The notes: generated by a model not told the origin, from the letters alone. A stretch of 64,000 bases of DNA from an uncultured Coriobacteriia bacterium (GCA_963726435.1 CAVSCJ010000001.1:18786-82785); one strand, 5' to 3'; positions 36,793 to 54,835 are shown, numbered from the stretch's first letter. A program made the numbers and translations.

Positions 36793-36873
36793 CTCCAACG
36801 ACGGGCGAAGACCCATCCCCAGAAGCGCCCCGAAGCTTCAGCCGCGGGCAACGCCCGTCTGCTGGAAGCTTCG

Positions 36874-37134
36874 TCACTTTGCCTTCTCCACGATCTCCAC
36901 CAGCCGCCACCTCTTGAGCTTGGAGAGCGGACGGGTCTCCATGATCTTGACGACGTCGCCGACTCCGCACACGTTGTTCTCGTCGTGAGCGTGGTACTTC
37001 GTGGTGTGGGTCATCATCTTGCCGTACAGCGGGTGCGGCTTGCGGCTCTCGACCTTGACGACGCATGTCTTGTCGCCTGCGGTAGAGACCACGACGCCCT
37101 GCCGCGCCTTGCGGCTGTTGCGATCCTCGGTCAT
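36874..37134 (-). CDS. rpsQ: 30S ribosomal protein S17
   Basis: HPLYGK, AHDE, ETRPLSK.KRW. Confidence 0.97.
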   Translation of the reverse strand: MTEDRNSRKARQGVVVSTAGDKTCVVKVESRKPHPLYGKMMTHTTKYHAHDENNVCGVGDVVKIMETRPLSKLKRWRLVEIVEKAK

Positions 37135-37158
37135 CTCAACGATCCCTTCCTCACTCAC

Positions 37159-37374
37159 TTAGGACGCCGCAGCTTTGCGGGCGGCCTCGATCTCGCGATA
37201 GCGGATCTCGGTGTGCACCCGCGCGATGTCGCGCTTCACGTCCTTGATCTTGCCGGGGTTGTCGAGCTGGCCGGTAGCCAGCTGGAACCGCAGATTGAAC
37301 AGCTCGACGCGAGCGTCCTTGAGCCTCTGCCCCAGGTCCGCCTCGGCCATGTCGTGGATCTCTGATGCCTTCAT
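37159..37374 (-). CDS. rpmC: 50S ribosomal protein L29
   Basis: [18 protein letters not shown]. Confidence 0.96.
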   Translation of the reverse strand: MKASEIHDMAEADLGQRLKDARVELFNLRFQLATGQLDNPGKIKDVKRDIARVHTEIRYREIEAARKAAAS

Positions 37375-37803
37375 CTATGACTCACCGCCGCTATCGGTTC
37401 TGCTTACGAACTTGCACTTGATGGGCAGCTTCTGTGCGGCCAGCCGCAGCGCTTCGCGGGCGACCTCTTCGGAGACTCCGGCGAGTTCGAACATGATGCG
37501 GCCGGGCTTGACGACCGCGACCCACTTCTCGGGACTGCCCTTGCCCGAGCCCATGCGGGTCTCGGCTGGCTTCTGCGTCACGGGCTTGTCCGGGAAGATG
37601 GTGATCCACACCTTGCCGCCACGCTTCATGTGGCGTGTCATCGCGACACGTGCGGCCTCGATCTGGCGGTTGGTGATCCACTCGGCTTCAAGCGCCTTGA
37701 GCCCGTACTCGCCGAAGTTCAGCTCGGTGCCTCCCTTGGCATTGCCGTGCCAGGCGCTGCCGCGCTGGACCTTGCGGTGCTTGACTCTGCGTGGCAGTAG
37801 CAT
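37375..37803 (-). CDS. rplP: 50S ribosomal protein L16
   Basis: QIEAAR, RMGSGKG. Confidence 0.98.
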   Translation of the reverse strand: MLLPRRVKHRKVQRGSAWHGNAKGGTELNFGEYGLKALEAEWITNRQIEAARVAMTRHMKRGGKVWITIFPDKPVTQKPAETRMGSGKGSPEKWVAVVKPGRIMFELAGVSEEVAREALRLAAQKLPIKCKFVSRTDSGGES

Positions 37804-37805
37804 CT

Positions 37806-38537
37806 CTAGCCTCGACCTCCCCCGTCACGGCGAGGACGACGGTCGTCGCGGTCGCGCTGGGGCCGGGACGGACGGGCATCCGCGGCCTCATAGAGCGAGG
37901 CGATGGTCTGACCGGGCATGAGGTCGCCGCGGTAGACCCACACCTTCACGCCGCACGCGCCGAACGTCGTGCGGGCGGACGCGGTGCCGTAGTCGATCTT
38001 GGCGCGCAAGGTGTGCAGCGGTACGCGACCCTCGCGGTACCACTCGCGCCTGCCCATCTCCGCGCCGCCGAGGCGTCCCGAGCACTGGATACGGATGCCG
38101 AGAGCCCCGCCCTTCATGGCAGCGGTCACGGCCTTCTTCATCGCGCGACGGAAGCCCACTCGGGCCTCGAGCTGCTCGGCGATGCCCTGAGCGACGAGCA
38201 CGGCATCGAGCTCGGCGCGCTTGATCTCGTTGATGTTGACCGAGATGTGGCCGGTGCCGATCTTCTCGAGGTCCTTGCGCAGGGTGTCGACCTCGGTGCC
38301 CTTCTTGCCGATGACGATGCCTGGACGCGCGGTGAACAGGGTCACGGTGACCTTGTCGCCCGTGCGTTCGATGTCGATGCGCGACAGCGCGGCCCGCTTC
38401 AGGCGCTTGGTCAGATAGCGGCGAAGCTGGATGTCCTCGTACAAGGTCTTGTCGTAGCCCTTGCCCTGGAACCAGCGGGAACGCCACTCCTCGGTGATGC
38501 CCAGGCGGGGACCGACGGGATAGACTTTCTGGCCCAT
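37806..38537 (-). CDS. rpsC: 30S ribosomal protein S3
   Basis: [23 protein letters not shown]. Confidence 0.98.
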   Translation of the reverse strand: MGQKVYPVGPRLGITEEWRSRWFQGKGYDKTLYEDIQLRRYLTKRLKRAALSRIDIERTGDKVTVTLFTARPGIVIGKKGTEVDTLRKDLEKIGTGHISVNINEIKRAELDAVLVAQGIAEQLEARVGFRRAMKKAVTAAMKGGALGIRIQCSGRLGGAEMGRREWYREGRVPLHTLRAKIDYGTASARTTFGACGVKVWVYRGDLMPGQTIASLYEAADARPSRPQRDRDDRRPRRDGGGRG

Positions 38538-38539
38538 GC

Positions 38540-38890
38540 TTAGGCCCCCTCTCGTTGCTTGACGACGATTGTGATGTGGCTCGAGCGCTTGAGGATCTTG
38601 AACGCGCGGCCCATCGCGCGCGGCTGGATCCGCTTCAGGGACGGTCCCTGATTCACGAAGGCCTCAGAGACGTAGAGCGTCTCGGGATTCACCTTCAGGT
38701 TGTGCTCGGCGTTGGCCACGGCGCTCGCGAGCACCTTGCCGACCACTTCCGCCGCGCCCTTCTCGGTGAAGCGGAGTATGGTCGTGGCCTCGCTCGCGGA
38801 CTTCCCGCGGACCAGGTCCACGACGAGGCGCGCCTTGCGCGGGCTGACCCGCACGAACCTCGCTACTGCTCTTGCTTCCATTTGGTTCAC
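38540..38890 (-). CDS. rplV: 50S ribosomal protein L22
   Basis: SPRKAR, SAVANA, PRAMGRA; start may be ATG at 38881. Confidence 0.97.
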   Translation of the reverse strand: MNQMEARAVARFVRVSPRKARLVVDLVRGKSASEATTILRFTEKGAAEVVGKVLASAVANAEHNLKVNPETLYVSEAFVNQGPSLKRIQPRAMGRAFKILKRSSHITIVVKQREGA

Positions 38891-38959
38891 AAGCCCTTTC
38901 GGCTCCTGCTCGGCCGACCGCCGTCTCGCGGCCGCATCGGTTCGATCATTCTCGGCCGG

Positions 38960-39235
38960 CTAGCGCCGGGCCTTCTTCGTGTCCGCGTGCCCTCTGAACG
39001 TCCGCGTCGGGGAGAACTCCCCGAGCTTGTGCCCGACCATCGACTCGGTGACGTACACCGGGACGTGCTTGCGACCGTCGTGCACCGCGATGGTGTGACC
39101 CACCATCTCGGGGAAGATGGTCGACGCGCGGGACCAGGTCTTGATGACCTTCTTCTCGCCCGCCTCGTTCATCTTCCGGATCCTCGCCAGCAGCCTCGGC
39201 TGGACGAAGGGCCCCTTCTTCAGGCTTCTGCTCAT
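38960..39235 (-). CDS. rpsS: 30S ribosomal protein S19
   Basis: [19 protein letters not shown]. Confidence 0.98.
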   Translation of the reverse strand: MSRSLKKGPFVQPRLLARIRKMNEAGEKKVIKTWSRASTIFPEMVGHTIAVHDGRKHVPVYVTESMVGHKLGEFSPTRTFRGHADTKKARR

Positions 39236-39277
39236 GTACTACTCCAGTTCCTGTTCGAAAGACTTGTCGGCCATCCG

Positions 39278-40108
39278 CTACTTCTTGCGGCGGCGGATGA
39301 TCAGACTGCTCGAGGCCTTCTTCTTGTTGCGCGTGCGGTGGCCCTTGGTCGGGACTCCCCACGGGGTGACCGGGTGACGGCCGGCGGACTTGTTCTTGCC
39401 CTCGCCGCCGCCGTGCGGATGGTCGACGGGGTTCATCGCGGTGCCGCGGACGGTCGGGCGCTTGCCCAGCCATCTGTTGCGGCCCGCCTTGCCGATCGAG
39501 ATGCCCTCGTGCTCGGCATTGCCGACGACTCCCACGGTCGCGCGGCACGTCAGCGGCACCATGCGCATCTCCGAGGAGGGCATGCGCAGGATCGCGTGCT
39601 GCCCCTCCTTCGCCATCAGCTGGCAGGAGGTGCCGGCGCTGCGGGCGAGCGCAGCCCCCTTGCCGGGCTGGAGTTCTATCGCATGGACGATGGTACCGGT
39701 CGGGATGTCGCCGAGCGCCAGCGCGTTGCCCGGCTTGATGTCGGAGCCCGGGCCGGAGGTGACAGTGTCGCCCACGGCCAGCTTGGCGGGGGCAAGTATG
39801 TAGCGCTTCTCCCCGTCCGCGTAGTGCAGCAACGCGATCCGGGCGGAGCGGTTCGGGTCGTATTCGATGGCGGCGACCTTGGCGGGCACGCCGTCCTTCT
39901 TGCGCTTGAAGTCGACAAGACGGTACTGGCGCTTGTGGCCGCCGCCCTGATGCCGCGTGGTGATGCGGCCGTTGTTGTTCCGCCCGCCCGTCTTGTGCAG
40001 CGGGGCGAGCAGCGACTTCTCGGGATCGGTCCTAGTGATCTCCGCGAAGTCGGAGACCGACTGGAACCGGCGACCCGGTGAGGTCGGCTTGTACTTCTTG
40101 AGTGCCAT
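39278..40108 (-). CDS. rplB: 50S ribosomal protein L2
   Basis: [21 protein letters not shown]. Confidence 0.98.
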   Translation of the reverse strand: MALKKYKPTSPGRRFQSVSDFAEITRTDPEKSLLAPLHKTGGRNNNGRITTRHQGGGHKRQYRLVDFKRKKDGVPAKVAAIEYDPNRSARIALLHYADGEKRYILAPAKLAVGDTVTSGPGSDIKPGNALALGDIPTGTIVHAIELQPGKGAALARSAGTSCQLMAKEGQHAILRMPSSEMRMVPLTCRATVGVVGNAEHEGISIGKAGRNRWLGKRPTVRGTAMNPVDHPHGGGEGKNKSAGRHPVTPWGVPTKGHRTRNKKKASSSLIIRRRKK

Positions 40109-40273
40109 TCCCTACTCCTCTCTCAAAGCCCGATGGCCGGGTCTGCTTGGCACTCTCAGCCACGTCTTCCCACGTGGCTCACAGACCTCGACGCCGGACT
40201 TAACACGGTGCCGGGCGGCTCCATCCCTGAGAACGAAGAACCGGCATCGTCGGCCGCTGGTGGGGCGGCTACC

Positions 40274-40561
40274 CTATCTGCCGCCCTCGAAGAACTCGAT
40301 CGAGTCGCCCTCTTTGAGGGTGACCACGGCCTTCTTCCACGAACGGGTGACTCCCGCCGTCGCCCTCAGGCGACGGCTCTTGCCAGGCACGCGCATCGTG
40401 TTCACGCGCGTGACCGTGACTTTGAAGACCTCGGCGATCGCGTCCGCGATCTCCGGCTTGCTCGCACGCTTGTCGACCTCGAACGTGTAGCGGTTGTGCT
40501 CGATCCCGGCATAGCTCTTTTCCGAGATGATCGGCCGGATGATGACGCTGCGGGCGTCCAT
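40274..40561 (-). CDS. rplW: 50S ribosomal protein L23
   Basis: PIISEK, VNT, WKKA.V.L. Confidence 0.96.
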   Translation of the reverse strand: MDARSVIIRPIISEKSYAGIEHNRYTFEVDKRASKPEIADAIAEVFKVTVTRVNTMRVPGKSRRLRATAGVTRSWKKAVVTLKEGDSIEFFEGGR

Positions 40562-40562
40562 G

Positions 40563-41186
40563 TTACGACAGCACCCCCTCGAGGTACTCGAGCGCCGGCT
40601 TGGTGAGGACGAGCGCTGCGTTGTCGACCAGATCGTAGGTGTTCGACTCCGCGGCGGTGATCACGCGCACTCGCTCGATGTTGCGGAACGACTTGACCGC
40701 CGTCTCGTCGCCGTTGGGAACGACGACGGTCACGCGGCCCTTGATCCCCAGCGCCTCGATCGTGGCTGCGGCGACCTTGGTCGACGGCTCTGGCATCTCG
40801 AGCGAATCGATCACGTACAGCGCGCCGTCGGCGGCTTTGGCAGACAGGACGCTGCGCATCGCAAGCTTGACGACCTTGTTCGGGACACGGAAGCCGTAGC
40901 TTCGCGGGTGCGGCCCGAACACGGCACCGCCGCCCGTCCACTGCGGTGAGCGGGTCGAGCCGGCGCGGGCGCGGCCCGTGCCCTTCTGACGGAACGGCTT
41001 GGCACCGCCGCCCGACACCTCTCCGCGAGTCTTGGTGTCGTGGGTGCCGGCACGGCGCCCTGCCATCTGGCTGCGCACCACGAGGTGCACGGCATGGGTG
41101 TTGGGCGCGATGCCGAACACGGTGTCGGACAGCTTGACCGTCCCGACCTTCTCGCCCTTCATGTCCTTGACTTCTACAGTCGCCAT
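40563..41186 (-). CDS. rplD: 50S ribosomal protein L4
   Basis: KP.RQKGTGRAR.GS, GGG..FGP. Confidence 0.97.
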   Translation of the reverse strand: MATVEVKDMKGEKVGTVKLSDTVFGIAPNTHAVHLVVRSQMAGRRAGTHDTKTRGEVSGGGAKPFRQKGTGRARAGSTRSPQWTGGGAVFGPHPRSYGFRVPNKVVKLAMRSVLSAKAADGALYVIDSLEMPEPSTKVAAATIEALGIKGRVTVVVPNGDETAVKSFRNIERVRVITAAESNTYDLVDNAALVLTKPALEYLEGVLS

Positions 41187-41214
41187 CTTCGTCTGTCTCC
41201 TCGTTTCCTGCCGG

Positions 41215-41835
41215 CTAGCTCGCTCGAATGACAAGCAGGGCGTTCTTGCCGCCGGGGACAGCGCCCTTGACGACGAGCAGGTTCTGCTCCGCATCGACCT
41301 TGATGACTTCCAGTTTCTGCACCGTGACCGTGTCGGCGCCCATGTGCCCGGGCATCTTCACGCCGCGAAGAACGCGGGACGGGGACGCGCACATGCCGAC
41401 CGAGCCGGGAGCGCGGTGGAAGTGAGATCCGTGGCCACCGGGGCCGCCCTTGAAGTTGTGACGCTTCATGACTCCGGCGAAGCCCTTGCCCTTGCTCGTG
41501 CCGACGACGTCGACTCTGCTCCCGACCTCGAAGATACCGACCGTGATCTTCTGGCCGCGCCTGAAGGCCTCACCCTCGTCCGTACGGGCTTCGGCCATGT
41601 GGCGCTTCGGGTCAAGGTTCGCCTTCGCGAAATGACCCGCAGCGGGCCTGTTGGCCTTTCCTTCCTTCATGTCTCCGAACGCGAGTTGAACGGCGTCGTA
41701 GCCGTCCGTCTTCTTCGTCTTGACCTGCGAGACGAAGCACGGGCCCGCTTCGATGACGGTCACCGGGATCAGCCGGTCGTCGTCGCTCCAGACCTGGCTC
41801 ATTCCGAGCTTGCGGCCGAGGATCATCTTGCCCAT
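41215..41835 (-). CDS. rplC: 50S ribosomal protein L3
   Basis: K.GM, SKGKGFAG..KRH, GAVPG. Confidence 0.98.
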   Translation of the reverse strand: MGKMILGRKLGMSQVWSDDDRLIPVTVIEAGPCFVSQVKTKKTDGYDAVQLAFGDMKEGKANRPAAGHFAKANLDPKRHMAEARTDEGEAFRRGQKITVGIFEVGSRVDVVGTSKGKGFAGVMKRHNFKGGPGGHGSHFHRAPGSVGMCASPSRVLRGVKMPGHMGADTVTVQKLEVIKVDAEQNLLVVKGAVPGGKNALLVIRAS

Positions 41836-41986
41836 CGTCTCTTCGCTCTCTTCCTTCTCGTGCGGTCGTGGGTCCCATCTCGCCCTGCAGCGCCCGCCCT
41901 CTTCTCGCGGGTCGTGCCCAGAGGACCGCTCCTCTTCAATGAACCACCGTCGGCCACTTCCGTGGCCGGCCGTGCCGCACCTACTG

Positions 41987-42298
41987 TCAGAGCTTGATCT
42001 CGATGTCGACGCCGGCCGGCAGTTCGAGCCGCATGAGCGAGTCGACTGTCTTGGCGGTCGGGTCGAGGATGTCGATCAGCCTCTTGTGGATCTTCATCTC
42101 GAAGTGCTCGCGGCTGTCCTTGTTCACGTGCGGCGAGCGGATGACGCAGTAGAGGCTGCGCTGCGTAGGCAGCGGGATCGGCCCCGAGACGCGCGCGCCG
42201 GTCCGCTGCGCAGTCTCCACGATCTTCTTCGTGGACTGGTCAACGATCTCGTGGTCGTACGCCTTGAGCCGGATCCGGATCTTCTGCTGGTTCGCCAA
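41987..42298 (-). CDS. rpsJ: 30S ribosomal protein S10
   Basis: [23 protein letters not shown]. Confidence 0.98.
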   Translation of the reverse strand: MANQQKIRIRLKAYDHEIVDQSTKKIVETAQRTGARVSGPIPLPTQRSLYCVIRSPHVNKDSREHFEMKIHKRLIDILDPTAKTVDSLMRLELPAGVDIEIKL

Positions 42299-42359
42299 CT
42301 TGGTTCACCCTTCGTGACGCTTAGGACTTCACTGCCAATGCGCGTTCCCCGAGACTGTC

Positions 42360-43562
<1,203 letters not shown>

Positions 43563-43573
43563 TTCTTCCTCCT

Positions 43574-45664
43574 CTAGCCCTGCGAGCCTTGGGTCTTGGA
43601 CACGATCTCGTCCGCGACGGACTTCGGGACCTGTTCGTAGGCCCGGAACTGCATCGTGTAGACTGCACGGCCCTGGGTGCGGCTGCGCAGGTCGGTGGAG
43701 TAGCCGAACATCTCTGAGAGGGGCACCTTGGCGCGGATGACCTGCGCGTTGCCGCGCGGCTCCATGCCCTCGATGTGCCCGCGGCGGCTCGAGAGGTTGC
43801 CCATCACGTCGCCCGCGAAGGCCTCCGGGGTGACGACCTCGACCGACATCATCGGCTCGAGGAGCTTGGGGGCCGAGCGGCGCATGGCCTCCTTGAAGCC
43901 CATTGACGCGGCGACCTTGAACGCCATCTCGTTCGAGTCGACCTCGTGGTATGAGCCATCGACGAGAGTGACCTTGACGTCGACGATGGGGTATCCGGCG
44001 ACGACTCCCGTGGAGAGCGAGTCCTGCACTCCCTTGTCGACAGAGCTGATGTACTCCTTGGGCACCGACCCACCGACGATCTTGTTCTCGAAGGCGTAGC
44101 CGGTGCCCGGCTTCTGCGGCTCGAGATCGAACACGACGTGGCCGTACTGGCCGTGACCGCCCGTCTGGCGGACGAACTTGCCCTCGACCTTGGCTACGGC
44201 CTTGCCCGCGGTCTCGCGATACGCGACCTGCGGCTTGCCTACGTTCGCCTCGACCTTGAACTCGCGAAGGAGGCGGTCGACGATGATCTCAAGGTGCAGC
44301 TCGCCCATTCCGGCGATGATGGTCTGCCCGGTCTCGATGTCGGTGCGGACCCGGAAGGTCGGATCCTCTTCGGCGAGCTTGACCAGACCGATGCCGAGCT
44401 TGTCCTGCTCCGCCTTGGTCTTGGGCTCGATCGCGATGTCGATGACAGGCTCCGGGAACACCATCGACTCAAGGAGCACCGGGGAGTCCTCGACGCACAG
44501 GGTATCGCCGGTGGACGTGCTCCTGAGGCCGACGGCCGCGACGATGTCGCCCGCCATCACCTCGTCGACGTCCTCGCGATGGTTGGCGTGCATCTGCAGC
44601 AGGCGGCCGATCCTCTCGCGGCTGTCCTTGGTTGCGTTGAGCACGTAGGAGCCAGCCGACAGAGTGCCGGAGTAGACGCGGAAGTAGGTCAGCTTGCCGA
44701 CGTAGGGGTCGGTCATGACCTTGAAGGCCAGCGCGGCGAAGGGGACCTTGGGGTCGGCCCTGCGCTCGACCACTTCGTGTGTCTTGAGATCCGTGCCCTT
44801 GATCGGCGGGACGTCCAGGGGCGACGGCAGGTAGTCGAGGATCGCGTCGAGCAGAGGCTGGACGCCTTTGTTCTTGAAGGAGGCGCCGCAGGTCACCGGG
44901 GTGAGCCCGCAGGCGATGCAGCCCTTGCGGAGAGCGCCACGAAGGTCGGCAGCGGAGACCGGCTCCTCGTTCAGGACCCTCTCCATGAGCGCGTCGTCAT
45001 AGTCAGCGGCGAGGTGCAGGAGTTCGTCTCGGTAGAGCGAGGCATCGTCGGCCATGTCGGCGGGGATCTCGCCGGTGGTAGGGTTGATCCCCTTGTCGTC
45101 CTCGTTGAAGAAGATGGCCTGCATCTCTGCGAGGTCGACTATGCCGATGAACTTGTCCTCGGCGCCGATCGGCAACTGCAGAAGCGCGGGCTTGGTGGCA
45201 AGGCGGTCCTTCATCATCCCGACGACGTTCATGAAGTCCGCGCCGGTGCGGTCCATCTTGTTGATGTACGCGATACGAGGTACGCCGTAGGTGTCCGCCT
45301 GGCGCCACACGGTCTCGGATTGAGGCTCCACTCCCCCGACGGCGCAGAACACGGCGACCGCTCCGTCCAGGACGCGCAGAGACCGCTCGACCTCGACCGT
45401 GAAGTCGACGTGGCCGGGCGTGTCGATGATCTGGATACGGTGGTCCTTCCAGAAGCAGGTCGTCGCGGCGGAGGTGATCGTGATGCCGCGTTCCTGCTCT
45501 TGGACCATCCAGTCCATCGTGGCCGCGCCTTCGTGGACCTCGCCTATCTTGTGCGTCTTTCCCGTGTAGAACAGGATGCGCTCGGTAGTCGTGGTCTTAC
45601 CGGCATCGATGTGGGCCATGATGCCGATGTTGCGCGTCTTCTCCAGGGAGTACCGCTGTGCCAT
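43574..45664 (-). CDS. fusA: Elongation factor G
   Basis: [20 protein letters not shown]. Confidence 0.99.
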   Translation of the reverse strand: MAQRYSLEKTRNIGIMAHIDAGKTTTTERILFYTGKTHKIGEVHEGAATMDWMVQEQERGITITSAATTCFWKDHRIQIIDTPGHVDFTVEVERSLRVLDGAVAVFCAVGGVEPQSETVWRQADTYGVPRIAYINKMDRTGADFMNVVGMMKDRLATKPALLQLPIGAEDKFIGIVDLAEMQAIFFNEDDKGINPTTGEIPADMADDASLYRDELLHLAADYDDALMERVLNEEPVSAADLRGALRKGCIACGLTPVTCGASFKNKGVQPLLDAILDYLPSPLDVPPIKGTDLKTHEVVERRADPKVPFAALAFKVMTDPYVGKLTYFRVYSGTLSAGSYVLNATKDSRERIGRLLQMHANHREDVDEVMAGDIVAAVGLRSTSTGDTLCVEDSPVLLESMVFPEPVIDIAIEPKTKAEQDKLGIGLVKLAEEDPTFRVRTDIETGQTIIAGMGELHLEIIVDRLLREFKVEANVGKPQVAYRETAGKAVAKVEGKFVRQTGGHGQYGHVVFDLEPQKPGTGYAFENKIVGGSVPKEYISSVDKGVQDSLSTGVVAGYPIVDVKVTLVDGSYHEVDSNEMAFKVAASMGFKEAMRRSAPKLLEPMMSVEVVTPEAFAGDVMGNLSSRRGHIEGMEPRGNAQVIRAKVPLSEMFGYSTDLRSRTQGRAVYTMQFRAYEQVPKSVADEIVSKTQGSQG

Positions 45665-45707
45665 GTTGTGCTGTCTCAGTCCCTCTTGTCGTCTTGTGAG
45701 GCGTCCG

Positions 45708-46178
45708 CTACCAGCGGTAGTGCGAGAAGGCGCGGTTGGACTCCGCCATCTTGAACAGGTCCTCGCGCTTCTTGACCGACGCGCCGATGCCGTTGGCGGC
45801 GTCCATGATCTCGTTGGCGAGGCGGTCGGCCATGGTCTTCTCGCGGCGCTTGCGGGAGAAGCCGACGATCCAGCGGATCGCCAGAGTGGTCGAGCGGCGG
45901 GCGCTGACCTCGATCGGCACCTGGTACGTTGCGCCGCCGACGCGCTTCGGCTTGACCTCGAGCGCGGGGCGCACGTTATCCATGGCCTTCTTGAAGACCG
46001 ACAGAGGGTCCGTGCCCGTCTTGGTCTCGACCATGTCGAAGGCTGAGTACACGGTGCGCTCGGCGACGGCCTTCTTGCCGTCGAGCAGGATCTTGTTGAT
46101 GAGCTGGGTCACGAGCCGGTTGTTGTAGATCGAATCCGGCTGGACTTCGCGACGGGCAGCTGCGGCGCGCCTCGGCAT
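45708..46178 (-). CDS. rpsG: 30S ribosomal protein S7
   Basis: [19 protein letters not shown]. Confidence 0.98.
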   Translation of the reverse strand: MPRRAAAARREVQPDSIYNNRLVTQLINKILLDGKKAVAERTVYSAFDMVETKTGTDPLSVFKKAMDNVRPALEVKPKRVGGATYQVPIEVSARRSTTLAIRWIVGFSRKRREKTMADRLANEIMDAANGIGASVKKREDLFKMAESNRAFSHYRW

Positions 46179-46253
46179 GACTGGTCTCCTCCAGGTGACT
46201 GGGACGTACGGCGAATGAGCGGCGGCGTCCTCCGCCGTCCGCTCGATTCGGCG

Positions 46254-46625
46254 CTATTTCGGCTTCTTGGCCCCATAGCGGCTGCGGGCCTGCATGCGGT
46301 TGGTCACCGCAGCGCAATCCAGAGCCGCACGGATGATCTTGTATCGCACACCCGGGAGGTCCTTCACGCGGCCGCCGCGCACGAGCACTATCGAGTGCTC
46401 CTGGAGGTTGTGGCCTATGCCCGGGATGTAGGCGGTGACCTCCATCTGGTTCGTCAGACGGACGCGCGCCACCTTGCGCAGAGCCGAGTTCGGCTTCTTC
46501 GGCGTCGTCGTGTAGACGCGCGTGCACACGCCGCGCTTCTGGGGATTCCCCTTCAGCGCAGGCGTCTTGCTCTTGCTGACCGCCTGCTTGCGGCCCTTGC
46601 GGACCAGCTGATTGATCGTCGGCAA
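46254..46625 (-). CDS. rpsL: 30S ribosomal protein S12
   Basis: [22 protein letters not shown]; TTG start. Confidence 0.98.
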   Translation of the reverse strand: MPTINQLVRKGRKQAVSKSKTPALKGNPQKRGVCTRVYTTTPKKPNSALRKVARVRLTNQMEVTAYIPGIGHNLQEHSIVLVRGGRVKDLPGVRYKIIRAALDCAAVTNRMQARSRYGAKKPK

Positions 46626-46718
46626 CGCTGTCTCCTTTACCGCCTTCGTTTCCGCCCTCATGGGCAGGCCATGTCGCGGCGCGCGCGGACGCGCTACCGT
46701 CCTAGGCCGCAAGGTGGC

Positions 46719-46774
46719 ACTCTAGCAAGGTCCCGAGGTCGTGTCAATCAGTCAACGCCCCCGGGCGTGTCCAT
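46719..46774 (-). promoter_or_regulatory. str operon promoter with upstream 21-bp motif
   Basis: ATGGACACGCCCGGGGGCGTT then TTGACA-17nt-TAGAGT with TGn extended -10. Confidence 0.75.
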
Positions 46775-46810
46775 ATGCGGTCGCCACCGTCCCTCGGCCG
46801 CGGATGCGAC

Positions 46811-46845
46811 GGGGTGGGCGCCCCCTTCCCAGGGGAGCCCACCCC
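46811..46845 (-). terminator. Hairpin after rpoC
   Basis: GGGGTGGGC...GCCCACCCC stem; no U tract. Confidence 0.45.
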
Positions 46846-46871
46846 TCTCGGTTCTCTACACTTCGGAGGCC

Positions 46872-51146
<4,275 letters not shown>

Positions 51147-51237
51147 CGTAGCTCCTCCTCATTTCAAGCCCGGGTGTTCCTCGAGAGCGGCGTCTGCCGG
51201 GCAGGGCAGTCCGGGCCGGTCCTTGCGCGGGCGGTCC

Positions 51238-54200
51238 CTACTCGGTCGAATCCGTGCCGATCGACTCGGCGTCGACGACCGAGAAGGCGTCGTCGAGCGA
51301 TATGTCCAAGTCCTCGTCGTCCAGTTCGGGCAGTTCGTCGAGAGCGCTCTCGTCCCTGGAAGCGCGAGAGTCTCCCTCCCCGATGGCGCCCAGATCGAGC
51401 CCCAGTTCCTCGGCGGTCCTGAAGATGTCCTCGTCCTCTTCCTTCAGTTCGATCTCCACGCCGGTCTCGGAGATGATCTCGACGTCCAGACACAGGGACT
51501 GCATCTCCTTGACGAGCACCTTGAATGACTCTGGGATGCCCGGCTCGGGTATGTTCTCGCCCTTGACGATGGCCTCGTACGCCTTGACGCGGCCGACCAC
51601 GTCGTCGGACTTGATAGTCAGGATCTCCTGGAGCACGTAGGCGGCGCCGTAGGCGTACAGGGCCCACACTTCCATCTCGCCGAACCGCTGTCCGCCGAAC
51701 TGCGCCTTGCCGCCCAAAGGCTGCTGAGTGATAAGCGAGTACGGCCCGGTCGACCGGGCATGGATCTTGTCGTCGACCAGGTGCAGCAGTTTCAGGATGT
51801 AGATCTGGCCCACCGTCACGTCGGCGCGGAACTGCTCCCCGGTGCGGCCGTCGTAGAGGCGCGACTTCCCCGTGCGCTCGACGCTGGGGATCATCGCCGG
51901 CTCCACGAGCTTGCCGTAGCGGGACTCGGCGCGCAGGCGCGCATTGCGGTCCGACGCTTCCAGCACGTCCTCGATCTCGGCCTCGCGGGCGCCGTCGAAG
52001 ACCGGCGTCGCACAGTAGATGCCGCCGTCGACGGGTTCCTTCTGCTTGGGGTCATCGGACCAACCGACGAAGGCCGCCCAGCCAAGGTGCGTCTCGAGCA
52101 GCTGCCCGATGTTCATGCGGGACGGGACGCCGAGAGGGTTCAAGATGATGTCGACGGGACGTCCGTCGGCCAGGAAGGGCATGTCCTCGATCGGGAGGAT
52201 CTTGGAGATGACTCCCTTGTTGCCGTGCCGGCCCGCGAGCTTGTCGCCCTCGTTGATCTTGCGCTTCTGGGCCACGTACACGCGAACCAACTCGTTGACG
52301 CCCGGAGAGAGGTCGTCGCCGTTGTCGCGCGAGAACTGCTGGACGGAGATGACGCGGCCGGTCTCACCGTGCGGGACCTTCAACGACGTGTCGCGCACCT
52401 CGCGCGCCTTCTCACCGAAGATCGCCCGAAGCAGGCGCTCCTCTGCGGTGAGCTCGGTCTCGCCCTTGGGGGTGACCTTGCCGACGAGCACGTCGCCCGG
52501 GAATACCTCTGCGCCGACGCGGATGATGCCGTCGTCGTCGAGGTTGGCCAGCACGTCTTCGCCGACGTTCGGGATCTCTCGGGTGATCTCCTCGGGGCCG
52601 AGCTTGGTGTCGCGAGCCTCGACCTCGTACTCCTCGATGTGGATGGAGGTGAGGACGTCTTCCTTGACGATGCGCTCCGAGAGGATGATGGCGTCCTCGT
52701 AGTTGTAGCCCTCCCACGGCATGAACGCGACGAGGAGGTTGGTGCCGAGCGCGAGCTCGCCGAGCTCGGTCGAGGGACCGTCGGCGATCACGTCGTCGAT
52801 CTCGACCTTCTGGCCGATCGCGACCACGGGGCGGTGATTGATGCAGGTGCCCTGGTTCGAGCGCATGAACTTCGGCAGGTGATACTCGTCCAGCGCGCCG
52901 TCGTCGCCCCGGATAGCGACCAGGTGGCTGTCCACGCGCTCGACGATGCCGGAGCGGCGGGCGCGCACGATCTCGCCGGTGTCGACCACCGAACGGTGCT
53001 CCATTCCCGTGCCGATCAGCGGCGCTTTCGGGCGCAGCAGAGGCACGGCCTGCCTCTGCATGTTGGAGCCCATCAGCGCGCGGTTCGCGTCGTCGTGCTC
53101 GAGGAACGGGATGAGCGCCGTTGCGACGGAGACCATCTGGCGCGGGGAGACGTCCATGTACTCGACGTCTGCGGGGTGGACCTCCTCGGGGTCGCCGCCC
53201 TTGCGCATGCGGCACAGGACCGTGGGGCGCTCGAACTTGCCCGTCTTCGGGTCGAAGGTCTCGTTCGCCTGCGCGATGATGTAGCGGTCTTCTTGGTCGG
53301 CGGTCAGGTACTCGATGTCGTCCGTGACCTTGCCCTTGACCACCTTGCGGTACGGAGTCTCGATGAACCCGTACGGGTTGATGCGCGCGAAGGTCGCGAG
53401 CGAGCCGATCAGCCCGATGTTAGGGCCTTCAGGAGTCTCGATCGGGCACATCCGCCCATAGTGGGACGGGTGCACGTCGCGGACCTCGAAACCTGCACGC
53501 TCGCGCGACAGGCCGCCAGGGCCCAGCGCGGAGAGGCGCCGCTTGTGAGTGAGCCCGGCCAGCGGGTTGGTCTGGTCCATGAACTGCGAGAGCTGGCTCG
53601 AGCCGAAGAACTCCTTGATCGCGGCCACGATCGGCCGGATGTTGATGAGCGACTGCGGCGTGATCTGCTCGACGTCCTGGGTTGTCATGCGCTCGCGCAC
53701 GACTCGCTCCATGCGGGCGAGGCCGATCCGGAACTGGTTCTGGATCAGCTCGCCCACCGAGCGGACGCGCCTGTTGCCGAAATGGTCGATGTCGTCGACG
53801 GTGTAGCCGTCGCGAGACTCCCACAGGTTCACCAGATAGCGCACGGCCGCGAGGACGTCCTCGCTCGTTAGCGTCGACTGGTCGATCGGCAGGTCGAGGC
53901 CGAGCTTGGTGTTCACCTTGTAGCGACCGACCTTCGCGAGGTCGTAGCGCTGGGCGTTGAAGAACAGACCGTCCAGGAGCGACCGGGCGGACTCGACCGT
54001 CGGGGGCTCACCCGGACGAAGGCGCTTGTAGATCTCGACCAGCGCCTCTTCGCGGTTCTCGGTGTAGTCCTTCTCCAGTGTGCGCTTGATGCACTCGGAC
54101 TCGCCCATGAGCTCGAGGATCTCCTCGCGCGTCTCGGCGATACCGAGCGCCTTCAGCAGAACGGTGACCGGCTGCTTGCGTTTGCGGTCGATGCGCACGG

Positions 54201-54753
54201 ACACGACGTCCTTGCGGTCCGTCTCCAGCTCGAGCCACGCGCCGCGGGCTGGGATGACCTTGGTGGTGAAGATCGCCTTGTCCGAGGTCTTGTCCCGCTC
54301 CTCCGAGTAGTAGACGCCCGGAGAGCGCACGAGTTGCGAGACCACGACGCGCTCGGTCCCGTTGATGACGAAGGTGCCGCGATCGGTCATGAGCGGGAAG
54401 TCGCCCATGAACACCTGCTGCTCTTTGACCTCGCCGGTCTCGCGGTTCAGGAAGGCGACGTCGACGAAGAGCGGCGCCTGGTAGGACATGTCTTTCTCTT
54501 TGCACTCCTCCACGGAGTACTTGGGATCCCCGAACTCGTGCGCGCCGAACTCCACCGCGAGATTCCCGGTGAAGTCTTCGATCGGTGAGATGTCCTGAAA
54601 GGTCTCGTTCAGACCTTCGTCGAGGAACCATTTGAAGCTGTCACGCTGAAGGGCGATGAGACTGGGAACGTCGAGCACTTCAGGGATCTTCGCAAATGTG
54701 CGGCGCTGGCGAAGACCAGCCTGGACAACGCGGGATTCGGCTCCACGGGGCAC
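51238..54753 (-). CDS. rpoB: RNA polymerase beta subunit
   Basis: [29 protein letters not shown]. Confidence 0.99.
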   Translation of the reverse strand: MPRGAESRVVQAGLRQRRTFAKIPEVLDVPSLIALQRDSFKWFLDEGLNETFQDISPIEDFTGNLAVEFGAHEFGDPKYSVEECKEKDMSYQAPLFVDVAFLNRETGEVKEQQVFMGDFPLMTDRGTFVINGTERVVVSQLVRSPGVYYSEERDKTSDKAIFTTKVIPARGAWLELETDRKDVVSVRIDRKRKQPVTVLLKALGIAETREEILELMGESECIKRTLEKDYTENREEALVEIYKRLRPGEPPTVESARSLLDGLFFNAQRYDLAKVGRYKVNTKLGLDLPIDQSTLTSEDVLAAVRYLVNLWESRDGYTVDDIDHFGNRRVRSVGELIQNQFRIGLARMERVVRERMTTQDVEQITPQSLINIRPIVAAIKEFFGSSQLSQFMDQTNPLAGLTHKRRLSALGPGGLSRERAGFEVRDVHPSHYGRMCPIETPEGPNIGLIGSLATFARINPYGFIETPYRKVVKGKVTDDIEYLTADQEDRYIIAQANETFDPKTGKFERPTVLCRMRKGGDPEEVHPADVEYMDVSPRQMVSVATALIPFLEHDDANRALMGSNMQRQAVPLLRPKAPLIGTGMEHRSVVDTGEIVRARRSGIVERVDSHLVAIRGDDGALDEYHLPKFMRSNQGTCINHRPVVAIGQKVEIDDVIADGPSTELGELALGTNLLVAFMPWEGYNYEDAIILSERIVKEDVLTSIHIEEYEVEARDTKLGPEEITREIPNVGEDVLANLDDDGIIRVGAEVFPGDVLVGKVTPKGETELTAEERLLRAIFGEKAREVRDTSLKVPHGETGRVISVQQFSRDNGDDLSPGVNELVRVYVAQKRKINEGDKLAGRHGNKGVISKILPIEDMPFLADGRPVDIILNPLGVPSRMNIGQLLETHLGWAAFVGWSDDPKQKEPVDGGIYCATPVFDGAREAEIEDVLEASDRNARLRAESRYGKLVEPAMIPSVERTGKSRLYDGRTGEQFRADVTVGQIYILKLLHLVDDKIHARSTGPYSLITQQPLGGKAQFGGQRFGEMEVWALYAYGAAYVLQEILTIKSDDVVGRVKAYEAIVKGENIPEPGIPESFKVLVKEMQSLCLDVEIISETGVEIELKEEDEDIFRTAEELGLDLGAIGEGDSRASRDESALDELPELDDEDLDISLDDAFSVVDAESIGTDSTE

Positions 54754-54806
54754 CAGGTGATTCCTCCTCCGGTCGTGGGGCTTAGCTACATACGCGGCAA
54801 ACTGTC

Positions 54807-54835
54807 AGTCTAGGCAAACGGCGTGCCAGGGTCAA
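54807..54835 (-). promoter_or_regulatory. Putative rpoBC promoter
   Basis: TTGACC-17nt-TAGACT. Confidence 0.65.

Noticed and set aside
53490-53620. Rifampicin or streptomycin resistance alleles in rpoB and rpsL
   Set aside because: The rpoB cluster I ([20 protein letters not shown]) and rpsL PKKPNS read as the usual sensitive-type residues.
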